Assembly (NCBI RefSeq): GCF_009914755.1
Contig: NC_060927.1
DNA: 64,000 nt
Origin: the human T2T-CHM13v2.0 reference genome, Homo sapiens
Strand: one strand, 5' to 3'
Below are positions 55,901-64,000 of this stretch, piece after piece. The notes below the pieces were generated by a model, which was not told where the DNA came from, searched no databases, and saw only the letters and a program-made list of their open reading frames with translations. The translations under genes were made by a program, and so were the position numbers. Positions within the stretch are counted from its first letter, which is position 1; each line of letters opens with the position of its first letter.

Positions 55901-56788
55901 TAAAGACTTAAATGTACAACACCAAACTATAAAAACTCTAGAAGAAAATTTAGGCAATGCCACACAGGACATAGGTACAGGCAAAGACTTCGTGAAGAAA
56001 ACACCAAAATCAATTGCAACAAAAGCAAAAATTGACAAATGGGATCTCATTAAACTCAAGAGCTTCTGCACAGAAAAAGAAGCTATCATCAGAGTAAACT
56101 GACAACCTACAGAATGGGAAAAGATTTTTGCAATCTACCCATCTGACAAAGGTCTAATATCCAGAGTCTACAAGGAACTTAAATTTACAAGGAAAGAAAC
56201 TAACAACCATATTAAAAAGTGGGCAAAAGACATGAACAGACACTTCTCAAAAGAAGACTTACATGTGACCAACAAACATATGAAGAAAAAGCTCAAGATC
56301 ACTGATTATTAGAGAAATGCAAATCAAAACCACAATGAGATACTATCTAATGCCAGTCAGAATGGCTATTAATAAAACGTCAAACAACAGATGCTAGTGA
56401 GGTTGCAGAGAAAAAGGAACGCTTTTACATTATTGGTGGGAATGTAAATTAGTTCAACCATTGCAGAATACACTGTGGCTATTCCTCAAAACCTAGAAGC
56501 AGAAATAGCATTTGACCCAGCAAGCAATCCCATTACTACGTATATACCCAAAGAAATATAAATCATTCTATTAAAAAGATACATGCATGCATATGTTCAT
56601 TGAAGCACTATTCACAATAGCAAAGACATAGAGTCAACCTAAATGCCCATCAGTGACAGACTGGATAAAGAGAATGTGGTACATATACACCATGGAATAC
56701 TATGCAGCCATACAAAGGAGTGAGATCATGTCCTTTGCAGGAACATGGGAGGAATTGGAAACCATTATCCTCAGCAAACTGGCACAGA

Positions 56789-56791
<3 letters not shown>

Positions 56792-56834
<43 letters not shown>
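56792..56834 (+). repeat. Pure poly(A) tract, 43 nt, inside the L1 body
   Basis: Direct count. Confidence 0.95.
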
Positions 56835-56835
<1 letters not shown>

Positions 56836-57104
56836 AAATGCCAGATGTTCTTACTTGTAAGTGGGGGATGAATGATGAGAACACACAGACACATGGCGGG
56901 GAACAATACACACTGGGGCCTGTCAGCAGGGATCGGGGAGGGAGAGCAGTTAGAATAATAGCTAATGGATACTGGGCTTTATACATAGGTGATGGAATGA
57001 TGTGAGCAGCAAACCATTATGGCACACGTTTACCTATGCAGCAAACCTGCCTAACCTGCACATGTACCGCTGAACTTAAAATGAAAGTTGAAGAAAAAAA
57101 TTAC

Positions 57105-57444
<340 letters not shown>

Positions 57445-58677
57445 TTAGCCTTTACTTTGCCCTAAAGGGAGTTTTTCTGTGTTAAACTTTATTCTTAAAT
57501 TCAGTTTAGGTGCAAAATATCCAGAAGTCCACTTTTAGCTACAAAAAAAATTAATGTAGAAAATGGTGTACAATAAAATAATGCATATTTTAAAAAGAAG
57601 AACCCTCTTCTACTTACTATCACCCATTATCTACTGTTCTCTTCTTTTGCTGAGTAAGATGAGCCTTTACTGAATTATGTCTTATCTTCAATGTTTTGCT
57701 TTCCAATTGTTATTTAGGTAAAGTATATTGCTCAATTGTTATACTTTTCAATTTGTGATAGCATTTGGATGTCATAAGGGGTATGTAGTATATCATAGTG
57801 GGATATGTCATAGTGGGATAGTAGTCATCATAATTTTACAATTAAAATTAACAAATCTTTTTCTACTTGTCAGCTTTTCATTTATCATCAGGGGTTTTCC
57901 AAGCAAATTAAAATTGTGAAATATGTATACATGTAATTGTTAAATCTAGACATTAAATATCAAGGGAGTCTATTGTTTTTCTTTTCTCTTTACTGTTATA
58001 TTTTGTCAACATATTTTAAAAAAATAGTTGTCACGGTTTTTCTAATCTTCCAAATGTAAGGCTGGTAAGTTTTGCTGATTTATTAGCACATACATTAACT
58101 GTGTTTTACTGCTGTTGTTATTGCTATTATGAAGAAAATTATTTTTCTCAATGAATCCTAACAGGTTATTGTTAACATGAAGAAACCATAAAAATTTTAG
58201 GTGTTCTTAAAATCCAGTGATAAATCAATTAGAAAAATAATATAACCAAGTATAGAAATAAGCAAACAATACTTCTAGAAGAAATTTAAAAAGCTAACTT
58301 TTTTTTAATGCTCACAGAAGTGTTACATGTTAAATTGCATGTACACATCAATGTTCCTCTGGTATAGTAAAATAAATACTAACTTTTACCTTTGTAAATT
58401 GCATTTGTGGGCAATTTAGTTGGCACAGCTTTTATGAGAAGCAATTTTGTAACACAGATCAAGAATTTTAAAAATGTTTATATCCCTTGACACAGTAATT
58501 ATCCCATTGATAGGAATCACTCTTATAGAAGAAAGATGGAAAATGAAAAAATGTTTTATTTCTACCATTATTTATAATGGTATTATTTATATTACATTTT
58601 ATTAAATCAATTATAATGATAAATTAAAATTCATTCATGAAAATCATCTTTACTAGTAATATTTAATAAACTAATTA

Positions 58678-59198
58678 TTCAGGACAAGTCCCCAGATGGC
58701 TTTGGTGACCCAGCTCTTTCTCCCTTTTTCGCTTGCAGTTCTCAAGAATAACTGCAGAATGTGCTAGTAATGCAAAATTCTGTGGTAAGGAGGGACGGAC
58801 CAAAACAGCCTGGGTTCTGTTTTCATCTTTTTCTAGAACAATCTGTCACGAAATGCTTTAGCCCACAGTGTCAAGAGTTCATAGGTATAAAACCCAGGGT
58901 GGAGTGCACTTTTGGGATTCTTCAGCTGCAGTGTGGCATGGGGCATGCACAGAAGAGACTCTATGCACCACCCTGGGCCGCTTTCCTGAGCCTTGGTAAA
59001 TGGGTCCATGGTGAATCCTAGGCTTATGTTGTTCCATGCTGCCTATCTGTGAGTAATAAATTTGCTTCATTTAACATGTTGTGTGAGTGTTCTGTCTTAG
59101 TGGACTCGTGTAAGTGGATTGATACTGGATTATGACATTAGCCTGGTTTCAAGTCCTACCCTGGGATTGATACCAGTACACAGTGAACCTACATTGCA
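58678..59198 (+). mobile_element. Solo LTR, probably ERVL class (family unresolved)
   Basis: ~520-bp GC-richer block with TATAAAA 58886-58892 and AATAAA 59055-59060; LTR-like 'agaataactgcagaatgtgct', 'ctttcctgagccttgg'. Confidence 0.65.
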
Positions 59199-60499
59199 AT
59201 TTTATGTTCATGATTTACCTGCGGTGATGTCATGTGAACCCACAGTGACACATGCAAGTTTATGTACCAAAATAGCACTCTTCAAGAGAATAATGAAGAT
59301 GATGAGTGTGCTATTTAGTTCTCTTCTTATTGAAGATATCTCACCACCAATATCATACCAGCATTGGCCTTTCAATAGGGTGAACTGCAAAAATATTCAA
59401 TTATTTTAATGTGTTTTGCCATACTTCAGGTAGAATTGATGCATAAAATAAATCTTACTGCATGCCCATATTACAGCTCAATTTTATTCAGATCTGTTCA
59501 TCAATTATGTACTGATGTAAATCTTTCTATCTAGAAATATACCAATTTCGAATTTTATAAAATAACGCATTGATATTTCTGTATTGCCAGGGTTGAGATA
59601 CTATTTGATTTTATAGTCACACGAGTGTCTTATTAATTTCCTGCTTTGTATGGATTTAAAATTATATAAAAACATTCAGTATCTGGAGATGATTATTTTC
59701 CTACTGTAAAATTTAATCTGTCGGAACAGATTCTGTGTTTCTCCTCTCTTTGGTTTCCTATTCTTTCCTTAAGAAGGTCACCAATCCTGTATTTAAGACC
59801 ATATTTCCAATGGAATTAAAATCTCTGCCATGGAAAATGACCTTTCTTCACTAAGTCATTCAGCAGAGTAGCCCTCCTCAGTATTCCTTAGTAGCTATCT
59901 GATAGATTTTTCCATTTTAGAATAATAATGATTTTAAGAACCTGTTATTTTTAGGGTTAGGGCATTCTTAAACCTTGAGAACATTTCTAGCTTTAACAAA
60001 CACATGTAAATGACTTCAGCAACTTAGATTGTTTTACATGTTTTTGTCATATTAATGACTGAAACGATTTTAAAAAAACAGCACAAAACTGCTAGTGATA
60101 TAGAACCAAGATAGAAAAAGTTTGTGTGGTCTATTTTTTTTTATCTTTCTAGGAAATAAAACTTCATTTATTTTTCTATTTCCTAGGACACTAAGTAACT
60201 CAACCTTGTATGAAAACAACCATGTGCTCTTTCATGGTACAATGTCTATTTCAATTGAGTAAAACTTATTTTCACCCTTGCAATGACACGTCAAAGTAAA
60301 ACGACTGCCCTTTCCAGGAAACTCTTTACCTGAAAATGATTCCCTGAAATATCTTTAGCATAAAAAGATGTGTATTGTAATTATATAAAGAGAAACAACT
60401 ATTAATTCGTAAATATTATGTGCTAGGCACCCAACTCAGAACAGTTTAAAAATAAAAAAAACTATTCTGGAAAACACTATTTTAGTTACAGTTTCACCT

Positions 60500-61620
60500 G
60501 GGACCCTAAGACAGAGAGGGTAACTATTAACATATTCACATATAAAAGTGAGGTAAGAGATTTGTCAAACTAAAATTATAAAATTGTATGGAGTCTCACT
60601 GTACTCTAAAACTTTCTCTTCTAAAGTCACACTTCTTAATCTTTTGGACTTTAATTTTTATAAGAGGAAAGGGTGACCAAATTCATGTATAGGCACCTCT
60701 TAGCAAACTCTTAGTGTGGTGGGAAACCTTTTCCCTTATTTCGAGCCTAGGGAAATGGCTTCAACACAGCTAATCATTGAGTTTGATGTGTGTTTTTTGA
60801 AGGCTGAGGGACTTAGGCGCTGATGTATGACATGTCTAAGAAATCTAAAGGGTAGACATGTGGCTGTATACCTTCTTTGAGAGAAAGTATTTAGGGTGGC
60901 ATGTTCTCCCAGAGCTTGTTTGAATAAGGACATACTGTTTTCATGTACCCAAATTGGGTCATATGTTTGAAAGAGAACCGGCCCGGCATCGTCTTACATT
61001 CTTTCTATAAGGTTGTCTTATACTCCTGCCAAAACTATGCACCCAGTAGGGATGTTGTCTGGCTTGTAAGTGTGAAAACCTAGGTAACCTGCCAGAGGAA
61101 ATCCATTCTCCTGATTTAAAAGGACAGCTTGTGGAAGACCACTAGTGAGGGCAGAGAAGGGCTTATGAATGTACCTTACAAGAAAAACAATCCTCTTTAA
61201 CCAACTGCTGAGTGGCAGAAGTGTTAATGCTGTCTCACAATATTGCTAATGCAATGCAAACTTTCTTGCCCCTTAAGTTACAATTGGTTCTCCAATTCTA
61301 TACTAAAGGCACTAAAATCAGCCCAGCATTTAGGAGAGGTGTGAGGTAGAAAAATAGAGAAAAAGCTCCCATGTGCTCTTTCCCTATAGTAGGCAATGTA
61401 TTTGGAGCAAGCTAGGTAGGAGGAGGAGAGAAATTTTACTTGGAATGAAGATTGATATTTTAATTATTTACTGGATAAATATATTAAATACTGAACTAAT
61501 GCACTTTTTAATACTGTAATAACCAAATAACTTTTAATTACCTAAGAGTTATTAGAAATCATATCACGTTTTATTTTTTATCCAAAGGAGCAATTGGAGT
61601 GACAATTGAATAAACAGCAG
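60500..61620 (+). mobile_element. Ancient LTR remnant (MamGypLTR-like)
   Basis: 3' part 'ttactgga...actgaact...cttttaattacctaagag' resembles MamGypLTR1; weak. Confidence 0.3.
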
Positions 61621-62262
61621 AGAAAATGTCATTTTCTGTATATATTCAATAAGCCTAACTTTTTACATAAAATATATGTTTTCTACATCCACTAACCAGC
61701 CATTGTCCCTGAATAGGTAAGTATAAATATACCCCTTTAATAAATGAATGAATTGAGACTCAAAGTAATTAAATAGTTAAACCATGGTTACATAATTGAC
61801 AAAGACCAAAGCAAAGCTTCTGATCCATGAGGCACTGACTTTAAATTCATTAAGTTATTTCCACTATCTAATGCAAATATACACAGCTTTGGATTTTTTT
61901 GTGATAAACTTGCATATGTGCTTTGCATTTGAAATTTCTTCTTTATTATGAGGAAGAATGAAATTGAAAGGAAAGGCAATAAATAAACACTAAAATATCC
62001 TGAAATGTGATATAGTAAGTATTATGAAACATAGGTAGACAAGAAGTAGGTATGTCCATTTGTCTATCTATCGATCTACCAATCATCTACGTTTTGATCT
62101 ATCATCTATTAACTCCCTTATGGCAGAAGTGACTTAGATGAATAAACATATAGTATTTTATTAATAATATTACTCTACAAATTAAAAAAAGCTACTAAAC
62201 TTTTTTATTATCAGATGAAATTTATTTAAAATATGAGATTTCTTATAAAATTATGTTATTAT

Positions 62263-62482
62263 CAGGGTATCCAATATTTTGGCTTCCCTGGGCCATGTTG
62301 GATGAAGAATTGTGTTGGGCCATACATAAAATACACTAACACTAACACTAACTAATTAGCTAAAAAAAAAATCTCAAAACAATCTGATAATGTTTTAAGA
62401 AAGTTTACAAATTTGTGTTGGGCTACATTCAAAGCCATCCTGGGCCACATGCAGCCCGCCGGCTGCACGTTGGACAAGCTTG
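62263..62482 (+). mobile_element. MER30 hAT DNA transposon
   Basis: 'cagggtatccaatattttggcttccctgggcca...ttggacaagcttg', near full length. Confidence 0.92.
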
Positions 62483-63128
62483 TTATAAGGTAAAATAAAT
62501 TCTTAAAAGCAATTCTGTTTTAGATGAAAGTATTTAATCCATTTCCTCAGGAAAAAAGAAAAAAAACCATCTTTTTCTCTTTTTTGGGGGGAGTACTAAT
62601 CCTTCAATACAGTCATTTGTTTTTAAGTTTACTCATCCTTGGCAATATTCAGTGTTATTTGTGTTATCTTACTTATATCAAAATTGTGTGCATCCTTGTG
62701 AGGTTTTAAATTCAAAATGGGGAGTTTTTTTCCATAGAGAATTTTTACTACAATTTGACTTGTAAGACACATCATCAGAGAAGACAGGAAAGTTTAACAT
62801 TGAAACTTATTAAGTGCTAGTGGTACACTTTTCAGATTCATTAAGGGATTAAGATTTGTGTCCTTCTGGCTGTTTCAAATTTGGTGATACCTGCATTAAG
62901 TTAAAAGTCCAAATTCCTACATAAATAAGAGAGGCAAGTTCTGTGATGCAACTGCTATAAGGAGCTGTCACTCCAACGTCAGTTCTGGAAGCACCAATTT
63001 AGTTGCATGTTATGAACTTTACAAGTGATATCTGGTAGGAAAAATAATTTTTTTAAAAAATTTTTTTCTTCACTTGGGTGGCAGTTAAATAAATGAGTGT
63101 TTTTTAAATAAATATATATTTTCATCTA

Positions 63129-63452
<324 letters not shown>

Positions 63453-64000
63453 ATATATATTTCTTTTATACTTTTTAAATATGGATGTTATGTTTCACAA
63501 TAAAAATATATGTATTTTGTAAATGGAAGGAAACCACAAGTATATTAGGAAAAAAAGAAGTACCTAGCAAAGCAAAATGAAATGTGAAATATAGTGAACA
63601 AAGAAAAATATTTAAATGAATAAAAACAATTAAAGAATGTTATTTCAGCCTAGAAGTACTATGCCCTTTCAATCTTTTAAACAGAGTACAGTGGACATAT
63701 TGATGGTTTATTATACAAGTCATGTATTTACCATCAGAAATGTCATGTATAAAGGATCAAAATATGTAATTAATAAGATTGGATCTGGACAATGTCATTT
63801 TACATGTACGATTTTACTATTTGCTGGTACAATGAACTACTTACATTTTGTCATTAAAATATGTATGCGTTTTGGAAAATACCTATATACAAACTAAATG
63901 TATTGAATAATAAAATAAAATACAAAAGTCATGGTCAATTTGTGTGCCCATTTCTTATAAAAATCTCTGTGGTTTAAGATCATTATTTATTGTAATTTTA

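Noticed and set aside
54408-56871. ORFs with RT-like or L1-like peptides
   Set aside because: Broken fragments of a dead L1 ORF2

Overview
AT-rich, repeat-dense primate (almost certainly human) gene-desert DNA with no intact protein-coding gene. The main feature is a full-length, intronless processed pseudogene of lanosterol 14-alpha-demethylase (CYP51A1) on the minus strand (29574-32715), most likely CYP51A1P1. It has a perfect 16-bp target-site duplication, five in-frame stops (all TAG), one codon deletion, no frameshift, and an Alu inside its 3' UTR. The rest is transposon debris: about ten Alu/FLAM copies, L1s (two with twin-priming 5' inversions), L2/MIR, two oppositely oriented MER52 solo LTRs, THE1, MLT1/MLT2, other ERVL LTRs, and DNA transposons (Tigger3, MER20, MER30, MER63). 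The most notable extra observations are (1) a very ancient LINE reverse-transcriptase fossil readable only by translation (~18.15-18.72 kb), (2) a possible cap-derived untemplated G at the retrocopy 5' junction, (3) an apparently polyadenylated retrocopy of just the R region of a MER41-type LTR, and (4) a palindromic array of five D-box motifs spaced one helical turn apart. I found no convincing new multi-gene system. Repeat subfamily names and comparisons to CYP51A1 come from memory and need RepeatMasker/BLAT confirmation.
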